A DNA stretch of 64,000 bases from Deltaproteobacteria bacterium (GTDB lineage Bacteria > Desulfobacterota > Dissulfuribacteria > Dissulfuribacterales > UBA3076). The notes beneath the pieces were generated by a model. That model saw only the letters and a list, made by a program, of their open reading frames with translations, was not told the origin of the DNA and ran no database searches. The stretch covers positions 6,093-70,092 of the forward strand of contig PQXD01000011.1 in assembly GCA_003194485.1 (NCBI GenBank), written 5' to 3'. The position numbers and the translations under genes were made by a program. Below, in pieces: positions 35,876 to 47,016 of this stretch (the stretch's first letter is position 1; each line of letters starts with the position of its first letter).

Positions 35876-38659
35876 TCACATTTCTTTCTCTCTGGCATCA
35901 GATATAGATTCTCCGAGGACAGGGGTTTCTTCTCTCATTATATAAGTCTCTATTATGTCCCCTGTCTTTATGTCATTGAACTTTTCAAGGCCTATTCCGC
36001 ATTCATACCCGGCCTGGACTTCTTTCGCGTCTTCTTTGAAGCGACGAAGAGATGCTATCTTGCCTTTATAAGTTACCACGTTGTCTCTTAAAAGCCTGGC
36101 CTTGGCATTTCTTTTGATCAAGCCTTCCAGCACATAGCACCCTGCCACTGTACCGACTTTGCCAATGTGGAAGACGTCACGAACCTCGGCGCGTCCCATG
36201 GGCTCTTCCCTGTAGACAGGTTCAAGCAAACCTGCCATGGCATCTTTAATTTCCTCAATGGCATGGTAAATGACATCGTAGAAGCGGATGTCCACATGTT
36301 CATGTTCAGCTAAGGCCTTTGCCTGTGGGCTGGGCTTTACATTAAAGCCTATGATGCTGGCATTTGAAGCAGATGCCAGCAAGACGTCGGATTCAGTGAT
36401 GGCCCCGATACCGCTCCTGACGAAATTTACCTTTATCTCTTGGGTACTGAGCTTGTGCAGTGCCTCTGCAAGGGCCTCCACAGAACCCTGAACATCAGCC
36501 TTGAGCACTATATTGAGTTCCTTGAGTTCCTCCTCCCGGAGTCTTTCAAAGACATTTTCCAGACTTACTTTGCTGCTCCTGAGCAGTTCCTTCTCTCTTA
36601 TCTTGCGCTGGCGATACTCAGCCACCTCTCTGGCCTTCTTGTCGTCAGAAAGTACCGTGAATTCGTTTCCTGGCTCAGGCACGCCGGAGAGACCCTGGAT
36701 TTCCACTGGCATGGAGGGACGGGCAGCCTTTATCCTTTCATCCTTGTCGTTGAGCATGGCCCTCACTCTGCCGTGATGTATACCACAGACGAGAGCGTCA
36801 CCTATATGCAGTGTACCTTCTGAGACCAAAAGGGTAGCCACGGGACCACGCCCTCTGTCCAGCTTGGCTTCTATCACGTGACCTCTGGCAGGCCGCTTGG
36901 GATCTGCCTTGAGCTCCATCACCTCGGCCTGGAGGGCCATCATCTCAAGCAGTTCTTCTATTCCCGTTTTTTCTTTGGCAGAGATGTTGATGCAAATGGT
37001 CTCTCCGCCCCAATCCTCAAGAACTAATCCCAGTTCAGAAAGTTGCCTTTTTACTTTTTCCGGATTAGCCCCCGGCTTGTCGATTTTGTTGATTGCTACA
37101 ATGATAGGGACCCCGGCTGCCCGGGCGTGATCTATGGCCTCATGTGTCTGGGCCATTACACCGTCATCCGCCGCTACCAGCAGTATCACGATATCAGTAA
37201 CCTTGGCTCCGCGAGCCCTCATGGCTGTGAATGATTCATGGCCCGGGGTGTCCAGAAAGACTACCTCCTGACCAAAGGGAAGTGTGACATGATATGCGCC
37301 TATATGCTGGGTGATGCCGCCTGCCTCCTTTGAAGCCACATCTGCTTTACGGATGGCATCCAGGAGCGTGGTCTTTCCATGATCTACGTGGCCCATGATT
37401 GTGACCACAGGGGGTCTTGGCACAGGCTCGCCCTCCCGGACATCCTCTGTGTGGACCAGGTCCTCAGCCACAGACTTCTTCTCCAGTTCATAGTCAAACC
37501 CAGAGGCCACGATGCTGGCTACGTCGTAATCGACAGACTGATTAACTGTGGCCATTACGCCCAGGTCCATGAGCTTCATTATGACGTCTCCCGCCCTGAC
37601 GCCCATCCGCTTGGCAAGCTCACCCACCTGAATAGTCTCGTATATGGCAAACCTTCGTTTGCCTGCCTTGGGAGGGGCGGTACTGGGCTTAAGGACAACT
37701 TCCTCCTTTTGTGCTGAATCGCCGTAATCCCTGGAAATTTCCTTTTTTTCCCGGCCGGATACTGTTATATCAATCTCCTCCGCAAGAATTTTGTTTATAT
37801 GTTTCTGTTTTTCCTTCCACTTCGGAGTAACCCGGCGTTTTTTGAGCGGCTTTTCCAACTCCGACATCTGGACTACTCTCTTGCCCTTCTTTTTGCTTTT
37901 TTTTTCAGGAACTGCAGAGATATCAATTAAGGGAACCGGCGGTTCCTTAGAGAGTTCATCCGGATGGAGAGGTAATGTGGTCCGGCGAGCATGGCTTTCT
38001 GGTTTATCGTTTTTTTGACGGGAGATTTTAATCCTCGGCAGATCGAGGATCTTTACAAAGCTTTCGGGTTTATCAGCCCTGGTCTTTTTTACAGTCTTGG
38101 GTTTATGGGTGGTCTCGGGCAGAGCAGGCTGTTTTTCAGGTACAGATTCTTTATCTGATCCTGATGCAGTTCCGGTTACCTCCTGTCCGGATTCGATTTC
38201 TGGCCGTTCTCTTTCAATAGTCGGGGCTTCCTCCACGGCCTTAATTTCTTCCTCTTTCCCGGCGACAGGAGCAGCCCCCTGCACCTCTTCTTCTGTTCCC
38301 GCAGCCTTATCCGGTTTATCTGTAGTAGTTTCTGGTTCTGCCTCAACTGGTTTTTCAGCCTCTTTTCTCTGTACCTCGACAATAGTCTCGCCTTTAGTCT
38401 CAGTTGAACGAACGATTTTTTTGAGGATAATTTTCCGGTGCCTGAGACGCACCGTGGTTTTTGGCTCGGCCTCCTGCTTTTTCTTTGCCGCCGCATGCGC
38501 CTCACCCCTCAGTTTGCGGCGGATATCCCGGGCCTCATAGTCCTCAAGTGTACTCATATAATTCTTGATGTTGTAGCCAAGATCAATAATCTTGGCCGCC
38601 ATCTCTTTACTGGCTACCCCGAATTCTTTGGCCAGCTCATGAACTCTGATTTTAGTCAT
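35876..38659 (-). CDS. infB: Translation initiation factor IF-2
   Basis: 927 aa. [18 protein letters not shown], and NKID. Confidence 0.95.
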   Translation of the reverse strand: MTKIRVHELAKEFGVASKEMAAKIIDLGYNIKNYMSTLEDYEARDIRRKLRGEAHAAAKKKQEAEPKTTVRLRHRKIILKKIVRSTETKGETIVEVQRKEAEKPVEAEPETTTDKPDKAAGTEEEVQGAAPVAGKEEEIKAVEEAPTIERERPEIESGQEVTGTASGSDKESVPEKQPALPETTHKPKTVKKTRADKPESFVKILDLPRIKISRQKNDKPESHARRTTLPLHPDELSKEPPVPLIDISAVPEKKSKKKGKRVVQMSELEKPLKKRRVTPKWKEKQKHINKILAEEIDITVSGREKKEISRDYGDSAQKEEVVLKPSTAPPKAGKRRFAIYETIQVGELAKRMGVRAGDVIMKLMDLGVMATVNQSVDYDVASIVASGFDYELEKKSVAEDLVHTEDVREGEPVPRPPVVTIMGHVDHGKTTLLDAIRKADVASKEAGGITQHIGAYHVTLPFGQEVVFLDTPGHESFTAMRARGAKVTDIVILLVAADDGVMAQTHEAIDHARAAGVPIIVAINKIDKPGANPEKVKRQLSELGLVLEDWGGETICINISAKEKTGIEELLEMMALQAEVMELKADPKRPARGHVIEAKLDRGRGPVATLLVSEGTLHIGDALVCGIHHGRVRAMLNDKDERIKAARPSMPVEIQGLSGVPEPGNEFTVLSDDKKAREVAEYRQRKIREKELLRSSKVSLENVFERLREEELKELNIVLKADVQGSVEALAEALHKLSTQEIKVNFVRSGIGAITESDVLLASASNASIIGFNVKPSPQAKALAEHEHVDIRFYDVIYHAIEEIKDAMAGLLEPVYREEPMGRAEVRDVFHIGKVGTVAGCYVLEGLIKRNAKARLLRDNVVTYKGKIASLRRFKEDAKEVQAGYECGIGLEKFNDIKTGDIIETYIMREETPVLGESISDAREKEM

Positions 38660-38725
38660 GCCCCTTTTTTAAACCCCCGGCAATATAACTCTTTTAAAAG
38701 AGCCGTTCAGGTCCTCATGAATATA

Positions 38726-40042
38726 TCATGGATCGGCCTGTTCATCTTCTATCGCTTCCGGCTGCTTCACCCCGGTATCTGCCTCTTCAGCATGGACCTC
38801 CTCTTTTCCCTCTTCCTTCAGTTTTTTGGCCTCTTCCACCAATGAGCTGATCAACTCCATGCTCAGGTTGGTCTTCTGCGAGAGTTCATCAGGATCAGCC
38901 TGGGCAAGAAGCTCGAGTGAAGTGGCACCAAGGTCATAGATCTTGTCCGCTATGTTCTCTGTTACAGCAGATATCTTTAATAATGAGTGATAACCAGGAT
39001 CCTGGTAGTGTTGATAGCGGGTCTCACTTATCACATCTATTCTCCAACCCATGAGCTTGGCTGCAAGACGTACGTTTTGCCCTTGCCGTCCGATGGCAAG
39101 AGAAAGCTGGTCATTCGGCACGATAACTTCCAATGACTGGTTGGAATCGTCCACTATAACTCTGGAACACTCGGCCGGGGCCAGGGCATTGTAAACATAC
39201 TTTGCAGGATCAGGGCTCCACGGTACTATATCTATCTTTTCGCCCCTGAGTTCCTGAACCACTGCCTGGACCCTTGATCCCCGCATACCCACACAAGCTC
39301 CTACGGGGTCCACATCAGACTCACTGGCGCTGACAGCGATCTTGGATCTGCTTCCAGGCTCCCTGCTCACTCCCATAATGTGAACTATTCCCTCTGAGAT
39401 TTCCGGTACTTCCAGTTCAAAAAGCTTGACCAGAAAATCCGGATGTGTCCTGGATAAAACGATCTGGGGTTCTTTTTGCGTATCTTTCACTTCAATTATC
39501 AAGGCACGGAGCCGGTCGCCATGGCGGTAGCTTTCGCTGGAAATCTGCTCAAATGCAGGCAGGATAGCTTCTGTTCGACCCAGATTGATTATAATATTTC
39601 CCCTTTCGTAGCGCTGGATAATGCCGTTTACAACCTCGCCTTCCCGACCCTTGAATTCCTCATAGATAAGATCCTTTTCAGCAGTCTTCATCTTCTGGAT
39701 GATTACCTGTCTGGCTGACTGGGCTGCTATTCGCCCCAGGGCTGAAATATCCATTTTGGTGCCGATACAATCTTCCAATTCACATTTGGAATCAAGCTCT
39801 TTGGCCTTTTTCAGAGAAATTTCCGCTTCTTTGTCATGGACTTCTTTTACTACTGTACGATACTGAAATACCTCAATTTCGCCCCGGACATCGTCAAAAT
39901 TGACTTCCAGATCAAGATTGGCACCATAGCGTTTTTTGACAGCCGATTTGATTGCCTCCTCAAGCGCAGCAATAAGAATATTGCGGTCTAACCCTTTTTC
40001 CCTGCTTACCTGATCTATGATCATCTTGAGTTCTGAACCCAT
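38726..40042 (-). CDS. nusA: Transcription termination/antitermination factor NusA
   Basis: S1, two KH domains, and a C-terminal acidic region. In the canonical rimP-nusA-infB order. Confidence 0.95.
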   Translation of the reverse strand: MGSELKMIIDQVSREKGLDRNILIAALEEAIKSAVKKRYGANLDLEVNFDDVRGEIEVFQYRTVVKEVHDKEAEISLKKAKELDSKCELEDCIGTKMDISALGRIAAQSARQVIIQKMKTAEKDLIYEEFKGREGEVVNGIIQRYERGNIIINLGRTEAILPAFEQISSESYRHGDRLRALIIEVKDTQKEPQIVLSRTHPDFLVKLFELEVPEISEGIVHIMGVSREPGSRSKIAVSASESDVDPVGACVGMRGSRVQAVVQELRGEKIDIVPWSPDPAKYVYNALAPAECSRVIVDDSNQSLEVIVPNDQLSLAIGRQGQNVRLAAKLMGWRIDVISETRYQHYQDPGYHSLLKISAVTENIADKIYDLGATSLELLAQADPDELSQKTNLSMELISSLVEEAKKLKEEGKEEVHAEEADTGVKQPEAIEDEQADP

Positions 40043-40086
40043 ATTTTGTTTTATTCCTTAAATTTGCAATTTCTGGATCAACGGAT

Positions 40087-40560
40087 CTAAATTATGTCTA
40101 ACCTGGCCTTGGCTACAAGTTCAAAAGGGATATTAAAGACCGTTTTCTCTGTGGAAACAACTATAAAATTTTCCCTTGTCCCATGCAAAATGCCTCTGAA
40201 ATTTCTACGGCCATCTATTGGTTCTCTGGTCTTGATCAAGACCTTCTGACCAGCGAAACGTTCAAAATCATCCCTCTTTTTTAGCGGTCGATTAATCCCT
40301 GAAGAAGATACCTCCAGATTGTATGATCCCGGCACAAAATCCTTCGCGTCCAGAAGGTCACCTACCAGCCGGCTTATGTCCGCGCAATCATCGACTGTCA
40401 CTCCATCCGGTTTGTCTATGGTGAGCCTCAGGACAGTGCCTGAAGGCCCGCGGCCATATTCCACATCAACCAATTCCATGCCTGTATATACCACTACTGG
40501 TTCAATAAGTGCCCTTACAGCTTCCGCTTGTCGGTCTCTATTTTTTCTGTTAAGCACCAT
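40087..40560 (-). CDS. rimP: Ribosome maturation factor RimP
   Basis: 157 aa located upstream of nusA. ..LEVSSSGINRPL.. Confidence 0.9.
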   Translation of the reverse strand: MVLNRKNRDRQAEAVRALIEPVVVYTGMELVDVEYGRGPSGTVLRLTIDKPDGVTVDDCADISRLVGDLLDAKDFVPGSYNLEVSSSGINRPLKKRDDFERFAGQKVLIKTREPIDGRRNFRGILHGTRENFIVVSTEKTVFNIPFELVAKARLDII

Positions 40561-40713
40561 AAAAAAATAAAGTGGGCCAAGCCCACTTCATTAGCAGAGT
40601 ATTATTGATATTTGTACGTTGCTACTTAAACGCCAAAAAACCCCACTAATTGAAGTAAAATCCTCTCATGCGACTAAATGTCAACATGAGCAGGTACAAA
40701 CCTCAAAAAGGGT

Positions 40714-40789
40714 TGGAGCGGGCGACGGGGTTTGAACCCGCGACCCCAAGCTTGGGAAGCTTGTACTCTACCAACTGAGCTACACCCGC
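40714..40789 (-). tRNA. tRNA-Gly (CCC)
   Basis: Acceptor GCGGGTG/CGCCCGC, anticodon loop TTCCCAA, T-arm GCGGG-TTCAAAC-CCCGT, and an encoded CCA. Confidence 0.9.
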
Positions 40790-40907
40790 CTGTAATCTGT
40801 ATTATATTAAGAATAAAATAAAAAATGTCAAGAATTTCGAGAAGGTAACGCCCGGAAATCTATTTTATTTAAGTGCTCATTATTTCAACAATAACCGTTT
40901 ATGATCC

Positions 40908-41088
40908 ATAAATATCCGGTGAACGGTTGCCATCCGTGCCCTGCCGCAGGAGCGGCTTGCCTTTTTACGGGGTTTTGGGTGGCGGGCCGGATTGCACTGC
41001 CTCTCCGGTCTGCGATGAGTGAGCCTTGAAACCCAGAAAAAGGTAACCGCTCCAAGGCAGGATATAACGGGTTCATAAGAATATTTAC
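40908..41088 (-). mobile_element. MITE copy F (181 bp, a short variant)
   Basis: One TIR is ATAAATATCCGGTGAACGG, and the arm lacks the ~18-nt GGTCCACTGTGGAAG segment. Perfect TSD TATGATCC at 40900-40907 and 41089-41096. Confidence 0.88.
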
Positions 41089-41104
41089 TATGATCCATGA
41101 GAGG

Positions 41105-42901
41105 TCATTCGTATATCTGATTGTCCTCCAGATTTACAATAACGGAAGAGACAAAACGGCCATCTATTGATACGTCTTCCGGTAAATCTCTCCATTCTTT
41201 ATAAAGCGGCGTCAAGGATTCCTTTACCATTGAATAGAGCTTTTTGCGCGCAAGTCCCGTCTGCTTTGCAACAGGTCGTAAGGCCTCTACACAACGCCTG
41301 ATTGTCTCTGGTGGTGGTTCATCAGGTCCTGAAGATTTCTTTTTCCCACTGAATGAAGGAATCATGCTATCCGGGAACCATATGCTTCTCAAGTAGTTGA
41401 GTTTCTCAGCCGAAATGGGATAAACCTTCAATTCTCCACCCAATGTCTTTTGGCCAAGGGCGGTCAAAAGGGCCTGGGGCAAAACAAGTTCGTTCGGATG
41501 CCCCAGGTTGGTTGAGTTCCAGGGTATCTCACGTGTCCAATTTTCATGCTGAGGTAATATACAGGCCATTAGGAGCGCCCATTCACCTACGGTGGTTATA
41601 AGATTTTCCACCGAGGTGAGTTCCGTCATATCACAAAATGGTCTATATTTGCTCAGGGCCGGGTCCCATAACATGGGACGTTCAGACAATAGCCCCTTTA
41701 AGGTATCTGCCCACGCCTCTGGCAGGTGGAGGAAATCCCTGGATACCAAGCCGGAGCTTACCAGGCTGCGGGCCTTTGCAGCCAATCTTCTGATCGCGGT
41801 ATTGGCAAGCCTTATTATGTCTTCTATCACACCTGACTTCAGGACCTCCTCCGGGGACCTGCCTTCCGTTCTCCCTGCAACCTCCAGGCCCAAATTGAGA
41901 AGGGCTGCCACCTTTAAAAGGGAGTCACGCAAAGCTTCAGGATCATCGAGGTCAACTTCATCTACCATAAGGATCTTGTTTGCAGCGCCTGCCCATTCAT
42001 GAACAACTCTTTCCATGATCCTTGTACCTGACAATTTTTCAATGGCAGTTCGGAGGACCGGATAGCTTCCCATGTATAGAGTAGGCACAAAGGCCGGCAG
42101 CGTGGTGTCAGGCCATTTTTCTTCTTCGGAGAAGGAAATTTCAACTTGTCTGACATAATTACCACGCAGAGGGGCGTAGATATCAAGGGCGTCATAATAG
42201 TCTGGAAGACCCCAATCTCCTATACGGGAACGCCGAAGACGAAAGGCATTTTCCAGGTTTTCGGCAGCACTCTCACCGATAATGGTCTCCAATACATCTC
42301 TATACAGACCGGGTGACACATCCAGGATCTTCACGAGAAAACGGTCCCAGATCGGCTGCAATGCATCCTTTTGGAAAGACACGAAATACACATTATCCAA
42401 AGTAAACAGGGGAAGCATGTCCTTGGCTTCCTGTATATCCATGTCATCAGGCCGCTTGTAAACCTGAATAAACGGCCTCAAAATGGCGGGGAGAAGTGTC
42501 TCATCCTTTTTTTTCAGCCACTGTAGCCAGGAAGCCATCGCATCTTCACCGGCTTCAAAGAGAAGCAATATCCACGTTGCTATTTTCTCAGGCAAGAGTT
42601 CAGCCTTATGCCACCAATCCAGATCGAAAATGAACTGCAACTGTTCTGCATTTGCTAAATTCAAAATGTGAACAGCATCCTGAGGTCCAACCGCCTTAAC
42701 AGTCCAGAATAATTCCTCAACCGGCAATCCCTGCACAAGGGCCCTGCTCTCCCGGGACAGTATTATTATTTCCTGACGCCTCTCCCATGGGGCCATCAAG
42801 ACCAAAGAGGCCTGTTCAGCAAGAGGCAGATCATTTATAAGTGCCTCGGCTTCAGCCGGGGGCAGGGTTAAAATTGAATGGGGTTTAATAATAGCCATCA
42901 A
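41105..42901 (-). CDS. Large conserved hypothetical protein
   Basis: 598-aa uninterrupted ORF. I recognise no catalytic motif. Confidence 0.6.
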   Translation of the reverse strand: MMAIIKPHSILTLPPAEAEALINDLPLAEQASLVLMAPWERRQEIIILSRESRALVQGLPVEELFWTVKAVGPQDAVHILNLANAEQLQFIFDLDWWHKAELLPEKIATWILLLFEAGEDAMASWLQWLKKKDETLLPAILRPFIQVYKRPDDMDIQEAKDMLPLFTLDNVYFVSFQKDALQPIWDRFLVKILDVSPGLYRDVLETIIGESAAENLENAFRLRRSRIGDWGLPDYYDALDIYAPLRGNYVRQVEISFSEEEKWPDTTLPAFVPTLYMGSYPVLRTAIEKLSGTRIMERVVHEWAGAANKILMVDEVDLDDPEALRDSLLKVAALLNLGLEVAGRTEGRSPEEVLKSGVIEDIIRLANTAIRRLAAKARSLVSSGLVSRDFLHLPEAWADTLKGLLSERPMLWDPALSKYRPFCDMTELTSVENLITTVGEWALLMACILPQHENWTREIPWNSTNLGHPNELVLPQALLTALGQKTLGGELKVYPISAEKLNYLRSIWFPDSMIPSFSGKKKSSGPDEPPPETIRRCVEALRPVAKQTGLARKKLYSMVKESLTPLYKEWRDLPEDVSIDGRFVSSVIVNLEDNQIYE

Positions 42902-43120
42902 GTCTTTATTCCTTTTTACCGATAAAGCAGTAGTATATAACAGCAGAACATACTATGGAGTCAACAATGACAATAATCATATCGGACAAGTCTCACAAGC
43001 AGGGGTTTATTTTAATTGAAAAGACAAAGCGGATCAGGCCGGAGCACCAGAAAATCATGGTCCGGAGGAATTTTTATTTAAGTAATCAAGCCGACCCATT
43101 CAAAGGAACATAGAAAAACA

Positions 43121-43939
43121 ATGGGCAATATCCGGTTCCTGGAACATCTTTTTTATAGCTGCTTTCAAAACAGCAAGATCGGACATCTTGCTAAGGGCAT
43201 CGTTCACAATTTAAATGGCTTTATGCAGATCTTCTCCATGAACATTGAAATGTTAAAAATGGATATCGAAAAGGATCTGAAGGCCATTGAACTTACTGAT
43301 TACTCCGGCCTGCCGGACATTGCCGCCAGCCGGCTGAAGAATATCGCAGACAACCTTCAAGAGAGATTAAAACGATTATCGCGGATGGAAGAATCGCTGA
43401 CCAATATGGAAAACATGATCAACATAATTACTAACAGAAGCCAAGATGGGGAAGACAGGCAGAGACCTGTAATTCTCAGACAAGTGGTTGAAGAGGAGCT
43501 GGATTTTTGGAATGCAGACCTCTTTTTCAAGCATCAGATAGAGAAACATTTGTCTCTACCCGGTACTCCAACCCTGATCGTAATCAATGAAAGATACCTT
43601 CGCGACTTGATTGACGGCTTGCTGGATGCCTGCATAAAACAGATGCGAGAAACTGAGGAACGTTATCTGAAATTAACATTATACCAAAAAAACGGGGCTA
43701 CATGGTCTTTAGAATTCGAACATACGGGAAATGCCTTTCCGGCTGGCTGGGATCAAGATTTCAGCAGATATCCGCTGGAAGCAAACGAGTATACACAGAA
43801 GTCCTCTGGCGATCTCTTTCTTATCCTGGCTCTCAACCTGGCAAAGGTCAGGGCAGAGCAAATTGGAGGGGTGCTGAAAATAGAGCCGCAAAAGGCTACC
43901 TGCCTTATACCAAATGAAAAACAACCGGCTGTTGAATAG
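43121..43939 (+). CDS. Hypothetical protein, possibly a degenerate histidine-kinase-like protein
   Basis: GHLAKGIVHNLNGFMQ resembles an H-box. The C-terminal ..EQIGGVLKIE.. resembles the end of an ATPase domain. There is no TM or sensor domain. Confidence 0.5.
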   Translation: MGNIRFLEHLFYSCFQNSKIGHLAKGIVHNLNGFMQIFSMNIEMLKMDIEKDLKAIELTDYSGLPDIAASRLKNIADNLQERLKRLSRMEESLTNMENMINIITNRSQDGEDRQRPVILRQVVEEELDFWNADLFFKHQIEKHLSLPGTPTLIVINERYLRDLIDGLLDACIKQMRETEERYLKLTLYQKNGATWSLEFEHTGNAFPAGWDQDFSRYPLEANEYTQKSSGDLFLILALNLAKVRAEQIGGVLKIEPQKATCLIPNEKQPAVE

Positions 43940-43970
43940 CCGGCACACACCGGCTTCATATAAATCGAAA

Positions 43971-44171
43971 GTAAATATTCGGTGAACCAGTTATATCCTG
44001 CCTTGGAATGGTCACCTTTTTCCGGGTTTCAAAGCTCACTCATCGCAGACCGGAGAGGCAGTGCAATCCGGCCCGCTACCCAAAACCCCGTAAAAAGGCA
44101 AACCGCTTCCGCGGCAGGGCACGGATGACAAATGCAAGGCACAGTGGACCTCGGGTTCACCGGATATTTAC
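43971..44171 (+). mobile_element. MITE copy G (201 bp, complete)
   Basis: Perfect TSD AATCGAAA at 43963-43970 and 44172-44179. Confidence 0.9.
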
Positions 44172-44309
44172 AATCGAAATAGCCCTGAAACACCTGATGA
44201 AAGTCCCCCCCTACGGACAATATTGTTGTGGCCGTATTCGTATGATTGCAGCCTCCACTGACCATGCCCGACTGCGAAGATGATCTCTCTCGCCCAAAAA
44301 AATAATATG

Positions 44310-44397
44310 CTATTGAGTTAGCTCCGCTTTGATATATAGTCTTTGATTACCCAATAATCCGTTACAATTAGCATATGATGCGGAGCTAACTCAATAG
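44310..44397. repeat. 88-nt hairpin with perfect 18-bp arms upstream of feoAB
   Basis: CTATTGAGTTAGCTCCGC (44310-44327) pairs with GCGGAGCTAACTCAATAG (44380-44397). The flanks are A/T-rich. Confidence 0.6.
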
Positions 44398-44529
44398 TCA
44401 TAAAAAATAAACGAGGCTGTCGAATTTGTTAAATAAATATGTTAATTATAAAAAGTTTTGTAGCGGACCCCCCAAGTCCCGCCAGGTTGGAACAGACAGA
44501 GGGAATCATCACGAATCGAGGTAGTTTCT

Positions 44530-44757
44530 ATGCTGTTAAGCGAAATGAAAGAAGGCCAGGCCGGAATAATTGCCCGAATAGGTGGAAACGGTGTCCTGCG
44601 CAAAAGGATACTTGAGATGGGTATTCTTAAGGGTACGGAGATTTACATAGAAAAATATGCACCCCTGAAAGATCCCCTTGAAATGATAGTCAAAGGCTGT
44701 CATCTGTCACTTAGGGTTGAAGAAGCTGCGCAAATAACAGTCGATAACGTGAAATAG
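44530..44757 (+). CDS. feoA: Ferrous iron transport protein A
   Basis: 75-aa SH3-like FeoA (..LSEMKEGQAGIIARI..LRKRILEMGILKGTEI..). Confidence 0.9.
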   Translation: MLLSEMKEGQAGIIARIGGNGVLRKRILEMGILKGTEIYIEKYAPLKDPLEMIVKGCHLSLRVEEAAQITVDNVK

Positions 44758-44767
44758 GAACGTCTTG

Positions 44768-46948
44768 ATGCATCAAAAAAGCCTTACGATCGCCCTTGCG
44801 GGCAATCCCAATTCAGGCAAGACGACAATATTCAACAATATTACAGGCAGCAGGCAAAAGGTCGGGAACTGGCCGGGTGTAACAGTTGAAAAGAAAGAGG
44901 GGATTATTAACAGATACGGATATGAGCTCAGGATCATCGACCTTCCCGGAACTTACAGCTTAACGCCTTTTTCCATGGAGGAGATCATTGCACGGGATTT
45001 TGTTCTTGAAAAATCCCCGGATGTTGTAATCGATATAATCGATTCCTCCAACCTGGAACGGAGCCTTTATCTTGCAACCCAGTTGAGGGAAATAGATTGC
45101 AAGGTCTTATTCGCCCTCAACATGGCCGATATTGCGAGTTCGCGCGGGATCAAAATCAATGCGGAAAAACTCTCTGAGCTCTTAGATCTGCCAGTAGTAT
45201 TTACGGTCGGAAACAGAAACCAGGGCATAGATACACTTCTGAAAAAGGCCGTAGAACTTGCGGAATCAAAGGTAGATACAAGGGGAGAGCGTAAAGTAAG
45301 ATATAACAGGGATATTGAAGAATCCATCTCGAAGCTCCGCGGTTTTCTCGATAGCCGAATACAGAAACCACTGCCTTACAATATGAGGTGGACGGCAATA
45401 AAGCTCCTTGAAAATGACAAGATCGTAAAGGAACGTATTCTCCAAAGGGCAGGGGATAAGAGTCAAGATTTACTTCAGGAAATCCAATCACAACGCACGC
45501 ATCTTGCGAGCCGCTTCAACGACGATCCGGAAATAGTAATGACGGATGAGCGGTACGGCTTTATAGCAGGAATCATAAAGGAAGTGGTTACAACCTCTGC
45601 AAAGCAGCGCGTCGACATATCCCGAAACATAGATCTCGTGCTGACAAACCGGTTTTTAGGATTTCCGATTTTTATCTTCTTTATCTGGCTCATGTTCCAG
45701 TTAACCTTTTCAGTTGGAGACTATCCAATGCAGTGGTTGGATAGCGGTATCAACTTGCTTTCAACATCATTAGGCGGTCTTCTCCCGGACGGCCTCATCA
45801 AAGATCTCCTTTTAGACGGGATAATTGCAGGAGTGGGAAGCGTTATAGTCTTTTTGCCGAACATACTGATACTTTTCTTCTGTATAGCGCTCTTTGAAGA
45901 CACGGGATATATGTCAAGGGCAGCTTTTCTTATGGATAGGATAATGCATCTTATCGGGCTCCATGGTAAATCTTTTATACCCATGCTTATGGGATTCGGC
46001 TGCAGTGTCCCTGCCATCATGACTACCCGTACTCTTGAAAGCAGAAAAGACCGCGTTCTTACTATACTTATTACTCCCTTTATGTCCTGCTCGGCCAAGC
46101 TGCCGATTTATATTTTACTTGCAGGCACTTTCTTTAATGCCAGAGCCGGAACTGTTATTTTTTCCATTTACCTTGCCGGTATTGTCTTTTCCGTTATAAC
46201 AGGCCGCCTATTTCGTTCTACCCTCCTGAGGGGAGCCGATGCCCCGTTTGTCATGGAACTGCCTCCATACAGGGCCCCAATGATAAAAAGCCTGATAATT
46301 CACATGTGGGACCGCGGCAAGATGTTTCTCAAAAAAATGGGGGGCGTGATACTTGTCGGTTCCGTTGTAGTGTGGGCACTTTCATCGTTTCCCCGAAACA
46401 TAGAATATTCTTGCGATTATGATGCTGAAATCAATAAGGTCGATGCTTTCTATAGGGCCAAAACTGCATCTGCCAGTGGATCTGCCGGGCAGCGGCTTGA
46501 GAAGGAACGAGATGCTGCCGTTGCAAAGCTTTTAATGTCCCAAAGATCAGAAAAAGTGGAAAAATCTTTTATGGGGCGCATCGGGAAGGCTCTTGCCCCC
46601 ATATTTGCTCCCATAGGCATAGACTGGCGTGGCAGCGTGGCCCTTCTTACCGGTTTTGTTGCCAAAGAAATCGTTGTAAGCACCTTGGGTGTACTCTATT
46701 TATCTGAAGAAGAAGGAACGGATAATCTTAAGAACGCGCTTTTATCATCCGGCATGACGCCACTCAGTGCCCTGGCAATGATGATCTTTGTGCTTTTATA
46801 TCTGCCGTGCGTTGCAACAATAGCAACCATTAACCAGGAAACCGGCTCCCTTAAGTGGACTCTTTTCAGCATTACATACAATACCTCATTAGCATGGGTG
46901 ACGGCCTTTTGTGTCTATCAGGCGGGAAAGGCCATAGGTTTTGGATAA
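44768..46948 (+). CDS. feoB: Ferrous iron transporter FeoB
   Basis: N-terminal G-domain (GNPNSGKTT and DLPGTYS) plus a polytopic membrane domain. Confidence 0.95.
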   Translation: MHQKSLTIALAGNPNSGKTTIFNNITGSRQKVGNWPGVTVEKKEGIINRYGYELRIIDLPGTYSLTPFSMEEIIARDFVLEKSPDVVIDIIDSSNLERSLYLATQLREIDCKVLFALNMADIASSRGIKINAEKLSELLDLPVVFTVGNRNQGIDTLLKKAVELAESKVDTRGERKVRYNRDIEESISKLRGFLDSRIQKPLPYNMRWTAIKLLENDKIVKERILQRAGDKSQDLLQEIQSQRTHLASRFNDDPEIVMTDERYGFIAGIIKEVVTTSAKQRVDISRNIDLVLTNRFLGFPIFIFFIWLMFQLTFSVGDYPMQWLDSGINLLSTSLGGLLPDGLIKDLLLDGIIAGVGSVIVFLPNILILFFCIALFEDTGYMSRAAFLMDRIMHLIGLHGKSFIPMLMGFGCSVPAIMTTRTLESRKDRVLTILITPFMSCSAKLPIYILLAGTFFNARAGTVIFSIYLAGIVFSVITGRLFRSTLLRGADAPFVMELPPYRAPMIKSLIIHMWDRGKMFLKKMGGVILVGSVVVWALSSFPRNIEYSCDYDAEINKVDAFYRAKTASASGSAGQRLEKERDAAVAKLLMSQRSEKVEKSFMGRIGKALAPIFAPIGIDWRGSVALLTGFVAKEIVVSTLGVLYLSEEEGTDNLKNALLSSGMTPLSALAMMIFVLLYLPCVATIATINQETGSLKWTLFSITYNTSLAWVTAFCVYQAGKAIGFG

Positions 46949-47016
46949 GCACCGATTTTCACAGATACAAAATAAGGCACCAGGAGCAATTTGCGTCAGG
47001 CTTTTGAATGTCGCGA

